From Gemmatimonadales bacterium (GTDB lineage Bacteria; Gemmatimonadota; Gemmatimonadetes; Gemmatimonadales; GWC2-71-9), in NCBI GenBank assembly GCA_036444955.1, contig JAZFQE010000152.1, forward strand, positions 1 through 36,873: DNA of 36,873 nt, in the 5' to 3' direction. The notes under the pieces were generated by a model. It made no database searches. It was not told the origin of the DNA and saw only the letters and a program-made list of their open reading frames with translations. A program made the position numbers and the translations under genes. Within the stretch, counting starts at the first letter, position 1; every line of letters starts with the position of its first letter. Shown piece by piece: positions 1 through 8,475 of the stretch.

Positions 1-357
1 GGGGTGCTCAATCCACGGAAACAGGTGATCTCTGCCGACAAACAAAAACAGGAAACAGATCAGCGAAAAGGGAAGAAATGCGACAGATGCCTCTGCGAGT
101 CTGATGATGGGGCCAGCCCACTTACCCTTAACGACCTGATGAACCGCCGCGAAGATCACAGCCCCCAGCGCTACACCGGTGAAGAAAACAAAGTTGACGT
201 GGTAGATTCGCCAAGCGCGACCAGGATCGTCACCGTTTGCCAGTACGATGAACAGGCCGAGTCCCAGGATGGCGAGAACGGCGCCACCTATCAGAAATCC
301 CTGCGCCGGGGCGGCAGTACCCCGTCGATAGATCTCCTCATGCGTAACCGCCGTCAT
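1..357 (-). CDS. actF: Alternative complex III membrane subunit ActF, N-terminal part only; the gene runs off the left edge
   Basis: Absent from the ORF track because it has no stop in the window. Hand translation of the minus strand from ATG 357..355 stays open to base 1: MTAVTHEEIYRRGTAAPAQGFLIGGAVLAILGLGLFIVLANGDDPGRAWRIYHVNFVFFTGVALGAVIFAAVHQVVKGKWAGPIIRLAEASVAFLPFSLICFLFLFVGRDHLFPWIEHP. It has several hydrophobic helices. Its ATG overlaps the actE stop (ATGA at 354..357). Its position after actE fits the canonical actABCDEF order. Confidence 0.75.
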   Translation of the reverse strand, partial: MTAVTHEEIYRRGTAAPAQGFLIGGAVLAILGLGLFIVLANGDDPGRAWRIYHVNFVFFTGVALGAVIFAAVHQVVKGKWAGPIIRLAEASVAFLPFSLICFLFLFVGRDHLFPWIEHP

Positions 358-902
358 TGTTGCGCAGCTCCCTGTAGCATTCTCACGTAATTGACGACGT
401 GCCACCGGTCAACGCCGCGCACCTTGTCACCGTAGGCGAGCATGTTGCCTCTTCCGTGGCGAATTATCGTGTAGAGATAGCCGTCCGTGTAGCGTCGCGC
501 CTGGTCGGTGACCAGCGACGGTATGATGTTGAACATTGCGCTATTGATGGAGCCGTCACCCCTCCCTGCATCACCGTGGCAAAGCGCGCAGTAAATATTG
601 AACCTGTCACGGCCTCGCTCTAACGACTCAGAAGTTCGCTCAGTCGGGTTCGGAAGTGCGTCAATCCTGCGCAGGTTATCCCTGGTGATCGGCAGCGGAA
701 GCTCCACGCCCGTTATGGGCACCGTACCCTCGACCGGCGGCAGTGGCATCTCGTACGGCTTTATTGCGATTCCTTTCCGCATCGTTGCAAACCACGGCAC
801 GGCACCGATAACGTCGTCCGGTCCGGGAGAGCGTTGCCAGCTGTCGCGGCTACAGCTTGTGAGGGTGGTCAATGCCACGAGGCACGCAATCTTAAATTTC
901 AA
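354..902 (-). CDS. actE: Alternative complex III monohaem cytochrome c subunit ActE (predicted lipoprotein)
   Basis: It has a single CxxCH motif (CALCH). The maximal ORF is 354..1031. I prefer the TTG start at 902, which has AGGAGG 6 nt upstream and gives MKFKIACLVALTTLTSC, a lipoprotein-type signal with an LTSC lipobox. ATG at 923 is the alternative. The stop overlaps the actF start. Confidence 0.85.
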   Translation of the reverse strand: MKFKIACLVALTTLTSCSRDSWQRSPGPDDVIGAVPWFATMRKGIAIKPYEMPLPPVEGTVPITGVELPLPITRDNLRRIDALPNPTERTSESLERGRDRFNIYCALCHGDAGRGDGSINSAMFNIIPSLVTDQARRYTDGYLYTIIRHGRGNMLAYGDKVRGVDRWHVVNYVRMLQGAAQQ

Positions 903-1398
903 CGCGTACCTCCTCAGCTCCATTGGTCCGGAGCACTTCCTCAACCTGCCGCCGCCGCTCGACCGGGCAAGGCACGAAGATGCCGATGCGATCATCCGTA
1001 CATCTCGGATCATACGCAGCCGACCGCGCATTGCGGATGGCGTGCACTATCAAGCCCGCAACCGTGGAGAGGGCGCCGAACAGAATTGTGAGCTCGAAGG
1101 CAATCACAATGTACGGCGGTATTGATCCGATTCCCTTTCCGCCGACGACAATAGGGTAGTCGTAGGAAGTCCACAGCGTGAGAGCAAATCCCGAGGCCAG
1201 ACCGGCCAGACCCCCAAAGAGTGTCCACAGGCGTACGGGACTCACTGAATGCCCGACAGCCACCTCGAGCTCGTGGCTCGGCACAGGACTGTACACTGTA
1301 AGATCATTGTAGCCCACTTTCTTCAAGGCACTGACCGATGCCGTCGCCGAATCGATATGCTCGAATATCGCGAGGATGCCCCCGGGCGGTTTCTTCAC
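892..1398 (-). CDS. actD: Alternative complex III subunit ActD (DUF3341-type membrane protein)
   Basis: 168 aa. A soluble N-terminal domain (MKKPPGGILAIFEHIDSATASVSALKKVGY) is followed by two hydrophobic helices. The GTG start overlaps the actC stop (GTGA at 1395..1398). Its operon position fits ActD. Confidence 0.85.
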   Translation of the reverse strand: MKKPPGGILAIFEHIDSATASVSALKKVGYNDLTVYSPVPSHELEVAVGHSVSPVRLWTLFGGLAGLASGFALTLWTSYDYPIVVGGKGIGSIPPYIVIAFELTILFGALSTVAGLIVHAIRNARSAAYDPRCTDDRIGIFVPCPVERRRQVEEVLRTNGAEEVRVEI

Positions 1399-2744
1399 GA
1401 GCGCTCTTTTCTCCTCGGCATCGGGATGATTTCCTTAACCTCGGTTATCGACACCGTTGGGAAATTCTTCGCGAACAGTAGGAACCACATGAAGAACCAA
1501 GCAAAACTCCCCGCGAGGATGGCCCACTCAACCCACGTTGGCGTGTAATGCCCCATCGCGTACGGTTCGTACTCGAACGACAGCGAAACGACTATTATCA
1601 CGAACCGCTCGAACCACATGCCCAGGTTGACAAAGAGGGAAATGACGAACAACACCGGGATGCTCCGTCGCACTTTCCTGATCCAGAGAAGGAACGGAAG
1701 CGCCCCGTTACAAAGAAGCATGGTCCACGAAGCCCACCAGTACTCACCGAACGCGCGGTTGTAAAACGCATCCTGCTCGAACGGATTTCCGCTGTACCAC
1801 GCTATGAAAAACTCCACCACGTAGGCATACCCGACTATCAACCCAGTCAGCAACATTAGTTTGCCCAAGTTTTCGAAGTGGTCTTGAGTTATGTACTCCT
1901 CGAGCTTGAAGACTTTTCGCAGCGGCACGAGGAGGGTGATCACCAACGCGACTCCCGAATAGATGGCTCCGGCGACGAAGTACGGGGCAAATATCGTCGC
2001 GTGCCAGCCGGGTACGATGGACACCGCAAAGTCCCATGACACCACGCTGTGAACCGAGAGGACCAGAGGTGTGGCGAGCGCGGCGAGATACAGGTACGCC
2101 CGCGTGTAATGCCGCCACTGCTGATCCGTGCCTCGCCAGCCGACCGACGTGATCGTGTACAGCTTTTTGCGCCAGCCTCGCGCCTTGTCACGCACAGCAG
2201 CGACATCGGGAACGAGACCTACAATCAAGAAGACCGTGCTCACGGTAAAATACGTACCAATCGCAAATAGATCCCAGACGAGAGGCGACTTGAAGTTCAC
2301 CCAGAGTTGCCGCTGATTGGGATAGGGAATCAACCAATAGGCAAACCAGAGGCGCCCCACGTGGATGAGGGGGAACAGGCCAGCAGTCATCACCGCAAAC
2401 ACCGTCATGGCCTCAGCCGTGCGATAAACAGACGTGCGCCACGCGGATCGGAACAGAAACAAGATGGCGGATATCAGCGTCCCGGAGTGCGCGATACCTA
2501 CCCAGAAGACAAAGGTCGTGATGTAGACACCCCACATGACGGGCGGCACGTAGCCCGCAACGCCGAGGCCATATCGTATTTGATACAGGAGGGCGATGAA
2601 TCCGATTCCGAGCACGGCGAGCACGGCGCCGAACAGGATGTAGTAGCCCTTGCTCGGACGCCCGAGCGTTGCAGCGATGTCACGCGTAATCCGCGCGTAG
2701 GTGGGCGGCTTGCCCGTCTTTTCAACCTGTACCGCTGTTGCCAT
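1395..2744 (-). CDS. actC: Alternative complex III quinol-interacting membrane subunit ActC (NrfD/PsrC family)
   Basis: 449-aa polytopic membrane protein with NrfD/polysulfide-reductase-like character. It lies 9 nt downstream of actB. Confidence 0.9.
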   Translation of the reverse strand: MATAVQVEKTGKPPTYARITRDIAATLGRPSKGYYILFGAVLAVLGIGFIALLYQIRYGLGVAGYVPPVMWGVYITTFVFWVGIAHSGTLISAILFLFRSAWRTSVYRTAEAMTVFAVMTAGLFPLIHVGRLWFAYWLIPYPNQRQLWVNFKSPLVWDLFAIGTYFTVSTVFLIVGLVPDVAAVRDKARGWRKKLYTITSVGWRGTDQQWRHYTRAYLYLAALATPLVLSVHSVVSWDFAVSIVPGWHATIFAPYFVAGAIYSGVALVITLLVPLRKVFKLEEYITQDHFENLGKLMLLTGLIVGYAYVVEFFIAWYSGNPFEQDAFYNRAFGEYWWASWTMLLCNGALPFLLWIRKVRRSIPVLFVISLFVNLGMWFERFVIIVVSLSFEYEPYAMGHYTPTWVEWAILAGSFAWFFMWFLLFAKNFPTVSITEVKEIIPMPRRKERS

Positions 2745-2753
2745 CAGCTCAGC

Positions 2754-5700
2754 TCAGGTTTCCCGCAGATTGCGCACCTTCTTGAGGTACGTGATTCCCG
2801 GGTACGTATTCAGGCTCTCAAGCACGTGGTACCCGCGGCCGCTTCCCGCCAGTTGCGACACGCGCGAGTTGGGATCCTTCAGGTTGCCGAAAACGATCGC
2901 GTCGGCCGGACAGGTTTGCTGGCATGCCGTCACAATCTCACCGTCGCCAACCTCTCGCCCCTCCAACGTCGCCTGGTGTTGAGCACCTCGGATTCGCTGC
3001 ACGCAGAAGGTGCACTTCTCCATCACACCCTTCTCCCGCACTGTCACGTCAGGGTTAAGTTGCCAGTGCAACGGCTCCGGCCAGGAGAAAGCTGCGTCTC
3101 CTTCGTTTGGATAGTCGTAGAAATTGAAGTACCGAACCTTGTAAGGACAGTTGTTGGAACAGTACCTCGTACCTACGCAACGATTGTACACTTGAGCGTT
3201 CAATCCGTCGGGAGTGTGATAGGTTGCGTAGACCGGGCACACCGGCTCGCACGGCGCATTACCGCAATGCTGGCATAGCATAGGCAGGAGACGGACTTCC
3301 AAGGGCTCGCCTGGTTGTGTGTCCTCGTAGTACCGCTCAATGCGTATCCATGCCATCTCGCGCCCGCGGCCAACCTGCTCTTTACCGACGGTGGGGATAT
3401 TGTTCTCGGCGTGGCAAGCGGTAACACAGGCGCTGCAACCGGTGCACCGCGACAGGTCGATCACCATCGCCCAGCGCGGATGCTCCCCAGCATAGTTACC
3501 GTGCTCGGTATCCTCCCACTGTTCCTGTTGCCAGCGATCCAAAACGTCCTCAATGTGATCCGGGACCGGAGCCGCGTGATCTTCGTGGTGTTCCTCCTGG
3601 ACTCCTTCGCCGAGTAGCGCAGCCACCGTAGTAGCCTGAGCGATTCCACGACCCATCTGTCGATTGCGCCCGGAAGTCTTGGCCACTCGTTCGTGCGAAC
3701 CGGTGTTCGTCACGCTGGCGGCTATGTAGTGCGAGAGGCCACCGAACGCCGTGGGTTGCCCGTTGAGCAGGGTGGCGACGTTCACGCCCACATCCTTGGC
3801 GTACCGTCCAAAAGCTGTGTGTCCCTGCCCCAGCGGCATGGCAATCACGTCGTCCCGAAGACCGGGATAAATGAACGCGGGTGCTTCAACGGAACCATTG
3901 ACGGTCTCAACGCGGAGCATGTCACCCTCGGAGACGCCCAGTTCTTGCGCGGCATGCGGACTCATCTCCACCCAGCTGCTCCAGGTAAACTTCGACACCG
4001 GGTCGGGTAGCTCTTGGAGCCAGGGGCGATTGGCACCCCGCCCGTCGTACAGCGCAGCTGAGGGGTACGCAATGAGCGTGTAGCCGCTGCTCGGCGCCAC
4101 CCACGCACTTCCCGCGATTTGACGGGCACTTGCCGCCAAACGCACCCTCCGGCTTGGAGCGTCGGTCCAGACACCGCCAGCCTGGAGCGATTCGGACCAA
4201 AAGACGTCAAACGGACGGGGGTCGCGGAGTCGGCGGCGAAGCCGCTCCCAGCGGCCTTGCAAGTATTCCTTATATGAAGCCGCCCTCAGCCTCCGGGTCT
4301 GGGCGCCAACCACCGAACGAACCACTTCCAATAGCACATCTCCAGTCTGCCGGGTGTCGAACACCGGCTGCATCACTGGCTGTTGTAGAGCGTAAACGCC
4401 GGTGCGCGGCTCGTAGTCGTTCCACTGTTCCAACGGATCGTGGTCGGGCAGGATCACATCGCAAAGCGACGTAGTTTCATCGAGGAACCGGGAGAAGCTC
4501 ACCTTGAGGTTGACGTTGCCAAGGACACTTTCAAACCCTGACCTCGGCGCCGCATAGACTGGGTTCGCACCGTGAACTAACAAGATGCCCACATCCCCAC
4601 CACGTATCGCCCCAACGAGGTCGGCGAGTCCCTGATAACTCGAGCCGCCCGCGGCATTTATTTCGGCATTGAAGTTCACCGTGGTTCCCACGTTCCCCGC
4701 CACGTAGTTGAGTAGGTTGACGGCGGCGGCCGTAGAGTGCGCCTCATCATGCTGTGCACCGATTCCACCCGCGAGAGCCACGGACGGGCCCGCAGCGAAT
4801 TCTCTGGCCAGAGCCAGAATCTTGTCAGCCCGAAGTCCACTCAACTCGGAGGCACTTTCGGGCGTGAAAGGCGCCAGGGACGCGGCGAGCCGTGACGCCC
4901 CTCTTGGCGGATTCCCCAGCCCCTCGCTCAGGACGACCTGCGCCATTGCGAGAGCGATCGCGCCTTCAGTGCCCGCCTGCGGCGCGATCCATTCATCAGC
5001 AGAGTACGCCGTCATGCTCATTCTGGGCTCAACGTGGACGTACCGCCCCATCCCACCACCGCTAAACCCATGCGCCTGCGCAAACCCCCTTGCGTTCTCG
5101 ACCGGGTTAAGCCAGGACTCGAGGAAATCGGCCCCAAAGGAGATCACGAATCCTGCCTGGGCAAAGTCATACGAGGGCAGGGCGTCGATCCCAAAGACCT
5201 GATTGTTAGCGTGCCGTAAAGCTTCGTAACCGAATGGCTCGTATGTAACATGTCCCGTGGAGCCGAGTGCTCTAAGCCAGTCGTTTATCAGACTGTCGAA
5301 ACTGCCCGCCTCGTTACCCGTGAGGAACCAAATCCTCCGCCCTTCCTCCCCGGTTAGGGCTGACGATACCCTGGCTATGGCGTCATCCCAACTGATTTCC
5401 TGGAACTCCCCCGACGCGGCGCGTGCCATCGGCGCACGGATTCGGTCAGGGTTATAAAGCCCCTGGAGCGAAGCCTGGCCCCGTGCGCACAACTTCCCCC
5501 GGTTGATCGAGCTCGCAGGATTCCCCTCCACTTTTACAGCACGTCCTTCGCGAGTTCGCACGTGAAGCCCGCAGCCTGCCGGGCATTCCCGGCATGTCGA
5601 TGCGAACCACGTCGCCCGACCGGGGATTTGGTTCTCCGGTGGGACGAGGTAAGGAATTAGTTTTTCCGCGGCGTCCCCGGCACATCCCGACAGCGCAGCC

Positions 5701-5762
5701 GCACCGCCCCCGGTGGCGCCAAGCACCCTGAGGAATCGTCTGCGATCCATCCCGTTAGACAT
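2754..5762 (-). CDS. actB: Alternative complex III subunit ActB (fused molybdopterin-oxidoreductase-like and Fe-S ferredoxin-like halves, Tat-exported)
   Basis: 1002 aa with a twin-arginine signal (MSNGMDRRRFLRVLGATGGGAAALSGC). It has an N-terminal cysteine cluster (CRECPAGCGLHV...LCARG). The C-terminal half carries the clusters CTGCSACVTAC, CQHCGNAPCEPVCP, CVGTRYCSNNCP and CTFC...ACQQTCP. Confidence 0.9.
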   Translation of the reverse strand: MSNGMDRRRFLRVLGATGGGAAALSGCAGDAAEKLIPYLVPPENQIPGRATWFASTCRECPAGCGLHVRTREGRAVKVEGNPASSINRGKLCARGQASLQGLYNPDRIRAPMARAASGEFQEISWDDAIARVSSALTGEEGRRIWFLTGNEAGSFDSLINDWLRALGSTGHVTYEPFGYEALRHANNQVFGIDALPSYDFAQAGFVISFGADFLESWLNPVENARGFAQAHGFSGGGMGRYVHVEPRMSMTAYSADEWIAPQAGTEGAIALAMAQVVLSEGLGNPPRGASRLAASLAPFTPESASELSGLRADKILALAREFAAGPSVALAGGIGAQHDEAHSTAAAVNLLNYVAGNVGTTVNFNAEINAAGGSSYQGLADLVGAIRGGDVGILLVHGANPVYAAPRSGFESVLGNVNLKVSFSRFLDETTSLCDVILPDHDPLEQWNDYEPRTGVYALQQPVMQPVFDTRQTGDVLLEVVRSVVGAQTRRLRAASYKEYLQGRWERLRRRLRDPRPFDVFWSESLQAGGVWTDAPSRRVRLAASARQIAGSAWVAPSSGYTLIAYPSAALYDGRGANRPWLQELPDPVSKFTWSSWVEMSPHAAQELGVSEGDMLRVETVNGSVEAPAFIYPGLRDDVIAMPLGQGHTAFGRYAKDVGVNVATLLNGQPTAFGGLSHYIAASVTNTGSHERVAKTSGRNRQMGRGIAQATTVAALLGEGVQEEHHEDHAAPVPDHIEDVLDRWQQEQWEDTEHGNYAGEHPRWAMVIDLSRCTGCSACVTACHAENNIPTVGKEQVGRGREMAWIRIERYYEDTQPGEPLEVRLLPMLCQHCGNAPCEPVCPVYATYHTPDGLNAQVYNRCVGTRYCSNNCPYKVRYFNFYDYPNEGDAAFSWPEPLHWQLNPDVTVREKGVMEKCTFCVQRIRGAQHQATLEGREVGDGEIVTACQQTCPADAIVFGNLKDPNSRVSQLAGSGRGYHVLESLNTYPGITYLKKVRNLRET

Positions 5763-5774
5763 CAGCCACGCGCC

Positions 5775-6344
5775 TCAGTAATGACACGCAAGACAGTCGG
5801 TAGTCACGTCGTTCTCCTTGTGACAGTCTAGGCACCAACCCATCCTCAGTGGTGCGAACTGGTAGACCTGCACCATTTGTTGAATCTCGCCGTGACACGT
5901 CTGACATGTGACGCCGGCGTTCACGTGCAACATGTGTGGGAACCGAACGTGGTCCGGAAGATTATGTATCCGTATCCACTCAATAGGCTGTCCCTCACTG
6001 CTGGCATCCCGCAGCTTCTGCACCTCCGGGTTACCGCTTCCGATGATCGTGTGACATCCCATGCACGTGGAGATCGTGGGCAGCCCCGGCTCCGAGCTCA
6101 CCTCAGCAGTGTAGTGACAATACCTGCAATCCATCCCGTACTGGCCGGCGTGAATATCGTGCCTGTAAAACACCGGCTGCCTGGGTCCTCTGAGAGAATT
6201 GGTGTCAACGTCGATCGGAGCAACGAAAGGTTGGGAGTTAGCTGTTTCCTGACCGAGAGTGTCTTGGGGACGAAGGACAATAACGCTGGCACCGACCGCC
6301 GTAATGGCAATCAAGCCGATGGCTAGAAGCGTGCGTCGTCCCAT
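5775..6344 (-). CDS. actA: Alternative complex III pentahaem cytochrome c subunit ActA
   Basis: It has five CxxCH motifs: CRYCH, CMGCH, CQTCH, CLDCH, CLACH. I trimmed the start to ATG 6344, which gives the membrane anchor MGRRTLLAIGLIAITAVGASVIVL. The extra 60 codons of the maximal ORF (to 6524) are rich in A/T-ending codons, unlike coding sequence elsewhere in the window. Confidence 0.85.
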   Translation of the reverse strand: MGRRTLLAIGLIAITAVGASVIVLRPQDTLGQETANSQPFVAPIDVDTNSLRGPRQPVFYRHDIHAGQYGMDCRYCHYTAEVSSEPGLPTISTCMGCHTIIGSGNPEVQKLRDASSEGQPIEWIRIHNLPDHVRFPHMLHVNAGVTCQTCHGEIQQMVQVYQFAPLRMGWCLDCHKENDVTTDCLACHY

Positions 6345-6487
6345 TAACCCCTTTTCGCCAAGCACACCCTTGCCCCACCCGACCTTGACTTCGCGGTCGT
6401 TGAAGAGCGGTGAACTACTCTGTGTTACAGAATAACTGGGTGAGACTACGGGCAGATTGTAAACAAATTCACAACAACCCGCCCAGT

Positions 6488-6515
6488 ATAATAGTGAAAA
6501 GGCACGACAAAACAA
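6488..6515 (-). promoter_or_regulatory. Candidate sigma70-like promoter for the act operon
   Basis: The minus strand reads TTGTTT, then a 16-nt spacer, then TATTAT. On the plus strand this is aaacaa at 6510..6515 and ataata at 6488..6493. It would give a leader of about 140 nt before the actA ATG. This is a pattern match only, and the organism's promoter consensus is unknown. Confidence 0.25.
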
Positions 6516-6652
6516 CCGCCCCATTTCCGGAGCTGCGGGCGCCGAAACGGATCACCGGACGGCTCGCCGGCCCGCGAAGTTGTCCGTCAGCAATCTTCCG
6601 GCGGGCTCACGCCCAGACAAACTCCACATGATCCTCGCTACCTCTCCTGGGA

Positions 6653-7378
6653 TCAGACGCCTTTGCGACGGAGAAAGTGCATCACCTCGAGCGCCATCGC
6701 TCTCAGCAATTTCACCTCTCGCTTGTCAACGGGAACTCGATGTGACAACTCGCGCACCGTCCTCATTATGTTCCTTGGCTTCCTCGATTTAAAAAACTCT
6801 ACCGATTCCAGCGCCTGCTGAGTGTCGTGACAGAGAAGCTCGATGTCTGCATGGGTGGCGGGTTCGGTCGGTCGCCGTGGCGGTTTGATACTTCGCGACA
6901 TTCCTCGAGCTAGGAACAGCTCATACGCAATCAGAATGAACGCCTGTGCCAGGTTCAGCGAGGGATGTTCGTCACTAGTGTCAATGGTCACCGAGCGATG
7001 ACACAGATCTAGTTCATCGTTTGTGAGTCCTTTGTCCTCGGGGCCGAGCACCAAGGCTGCCGTATCAACCTCGGCAATTGAAACTATCTCGGGCGCGGCT
7101 TCCCGCGCCGATTGTAGATTACGTTTCGCAGCTCGCAATCTGGAGGTGAGACCTACAACATGAGTGCAGTCCGACAGTGCTTCCTGCAAGTCCTCAAAGA
7201 CCACGGCCTGCTCTATGATGTCACCCGTGTTGTGAGCTATTCCCTCGAGCCGATGCGGATCAAACTCGGCCGGTGAGACAAGACGGAGTTCGGTCAGGGA
7301 GAAATTTTTCATCGCTCTAATGACGGACGCGACGTTAACTCTATTCTTCGGCCGATTCAGAACGACGACGATACTCAC
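6653..7378 (-). CDS. trmJ: SpoU/TrmH-family RNA 2'-O-methyltransferase, TrmJ-like
   Basis: 241 aa. The N-terminus IVVVLNRPKNRVNVASVIRAMKNFSLTELRLVSP aligns by eye with E. coli TrmJ ([34 protein letters not shown]). LVLGPEDKGLTNDEL and SLNLAQAF match the SPOUT knot motifs. The GTG start has GGAGG 6 nt upstream. Confidence 0.8.
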   Translation of the reverse strand: MSIVVVLNRPKNRVNVASVIRAMKNFSLTELRLVSPAEFDPHRLEGIAHNTGDIIEQAVVFEDLQEALSDCTHVVGLTSRLRAAKRNLQSAREAAPEIVSIAEVDTAALVLGPEDKGLTNDELDLCHRSVTIDTSDEHPSLNLAQAFILIAYELFLARGMSRSIKPPRRPTEPATHADIELLCHDTQQALESVEFFKSRKPRNIMRTVRELSHRVPVDKREVKLLRAMALEVMHFLRRKGV

Positions 7379-7452
7379 GCAACCTCCAGAAGCGGAACCA
7401 CTTCGGCCTTCACAACGGGACCGCCAGCACTTTGCTCACGCTTTCGGCGAAC

Positions 7453-8475
7453 TCATCCGCCGTCCACATCCGCGCTCCCCTCCCAGACTTGAACGCCATC
7501 CCAATCGAACTCGAAGGATAGCACTTCGCCGCCTGCCGCGGCGGCGGCTTTCGTTACGCGCTCTTTGTTCTCCGGGGGAGCCATTACGAGCAGGCACCCA
7601 CCAGCTCCGGCTCCCGTTGCCTTCACCGCCCACGCCCCCGCTTCCCTGCACTGTCGCTCTATAATCTCCGTTGTTTCCGTGCTGACGGTGGCGTGGAGGC
7701 GCCTTTGCTGGCTCCAATTTTCGTCCACGACCCGCGCCAAACTCTTCCAGTCTGCTGCCTCGATTGCCGTAGCCGCTGAGACGGCGGCAGCACGCATCCC
7801 GTGGAGTGCTTCGCTCACTGTGGCGTCACGTGCTCGGTAGGCATTCCACACATGCTCATGCGTGGCCGATGAAAAGTGAGATCGGCCCGAGTAGATGACG
7901 GTGAGGTGTGCAAGGAGATCGGTCGCCGCACGATTGTCGAGTTCCAGCTTTTTGCGCGAGACGCTTTCCCCGTCAAACGTGTACTCGTACAAACCGCCAA
8001 AGGCCGCTGCGTATTGATCCTGCCGTCCGCCAAGCAGTCCCAGCTCGCGCGACTCCAACTCATAACCCATCTCAGCCAGTTCAACCACATCACACTCCTC
8101 GTCCCTGCACCTGACGAGACCAGCGACGAGGGCCACGTCCAGCGCTCCTGAGGCGCCGAGGCCCGACCCGAGAGGCACATCCGTGCGGGTGAGTACTTCT
8201 ATGCCACCCGCAACTGGAAGCATATTGATAGCGGCTTTGTGGAGGTCCAGCTTGCCGTCGTACGCGAGGTCACTCGGCCTCGCGACAGAAACTCTCTCCA
8301 GCATGTCCTCTGCAACCAAACTGATTCGCTCTCCACCGGTGCGGATCTCGGCATGCGCGTAGAGGTTGAGCGCCGCGCTTACGACCACGCCGCCCTCATC
8401 ACTCGCGAAATCCACTACGTCAGTCCATCCGCCAGCAAAGTCAATCCGAACGGGCGCCCGCGTAGTTACAATCAA
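7453..8475 (-). CDS. GHMP-family kinase (sugar or sugar-phosphate kinase type; substrate unknown)
   Basis: It carries the GHMP ATP-binding motif PLGSGLGASGA. The N-terminus IVTTRAPVRIDFAGGWTDV is typical of HddA/fucokinase-like GHMP kinases. I trimmed the start to TTG 8475, which has GGAGGAG 9 nt upstream and overlaps the upstream stop as TTGA. This gives 340 aa. The maximal ORF reaches 8640. Confidence 0.8.
   Translation of the reverse strand: MIVTTRAPVRIDFAGGWTDVVDFASDEGGVVVSAALNLYAHAEIRTGGERISLVAEDMLERVSVARPSDLAYDGKLDLHKAAINMLPVAGGIEVLTRTDVPLGSGLGASGALDVALVAGLVRCRDEECDVVELAEMGYELESRELGLLGGRQDQYAAAFGGLYEYTFDGESVSRKKLELDNRAATDLLAHLTVIYSGRSHFSSATHEHVWNAYRARDATVSEALHGMRAAAVSAATAIEAADWKSLARVVDENWSQQRRLHATVSTETTEIIERQCREAGAWAVKATGAGAGGCLLVMAPPENKERVTKAAAAAGGEVLSFEFDWDGVQVWEGSADVDGG

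Noticed and set aside
4-390. Plus-strand ORF of 128 aa at the left edge
   Set aside because: It lies antisense to the hand-translated actF N-terminus, which has a membrane-protein sequence and an ATGA junction with actE. The plus-strand product is low-complexity with no motif. Antisense ORFs of this kind are typical of GC-rich DNA.
598-1125. Assorted plus- and minus-strand ORFs of 60-230 aa nested in or antisense to confidently called genes. Examples: 598..1125, 8475..8891, 16511..17056, 21942..22541, 24029..24535, 30664..31347, 32411..32944, 33017..33658
   Set aside because: Each is fully covered by a longer gene with clear family motifs on the other strand or in another frame. None shows a recognisable motif.
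2307-3278. Plus-strand ORF of 323 aa
   Set aside because: It is antisense to actC and actB, which have unambiguous family motifs. The product is Arg/His/Pro-rich with no recognisable domain.
6345-6524. 5' extension of actA (249-aa version)
   Set aside because: The extra 60 codons are rich in A/T-ending codons and encode Cys/Phe/Tyr-rich sequence with no signal logic. The shorter form starts with a normal membrane anchor.
6570-6610. Imperfect hairpin (GCCCGCGAAG...CTTCCGGCGGGC) downstream of the trmJ-like gene, considered as its terminator
   Set aside because: It has a bulged stem, a 15-nt loop and no T-run on the transcribed strand.
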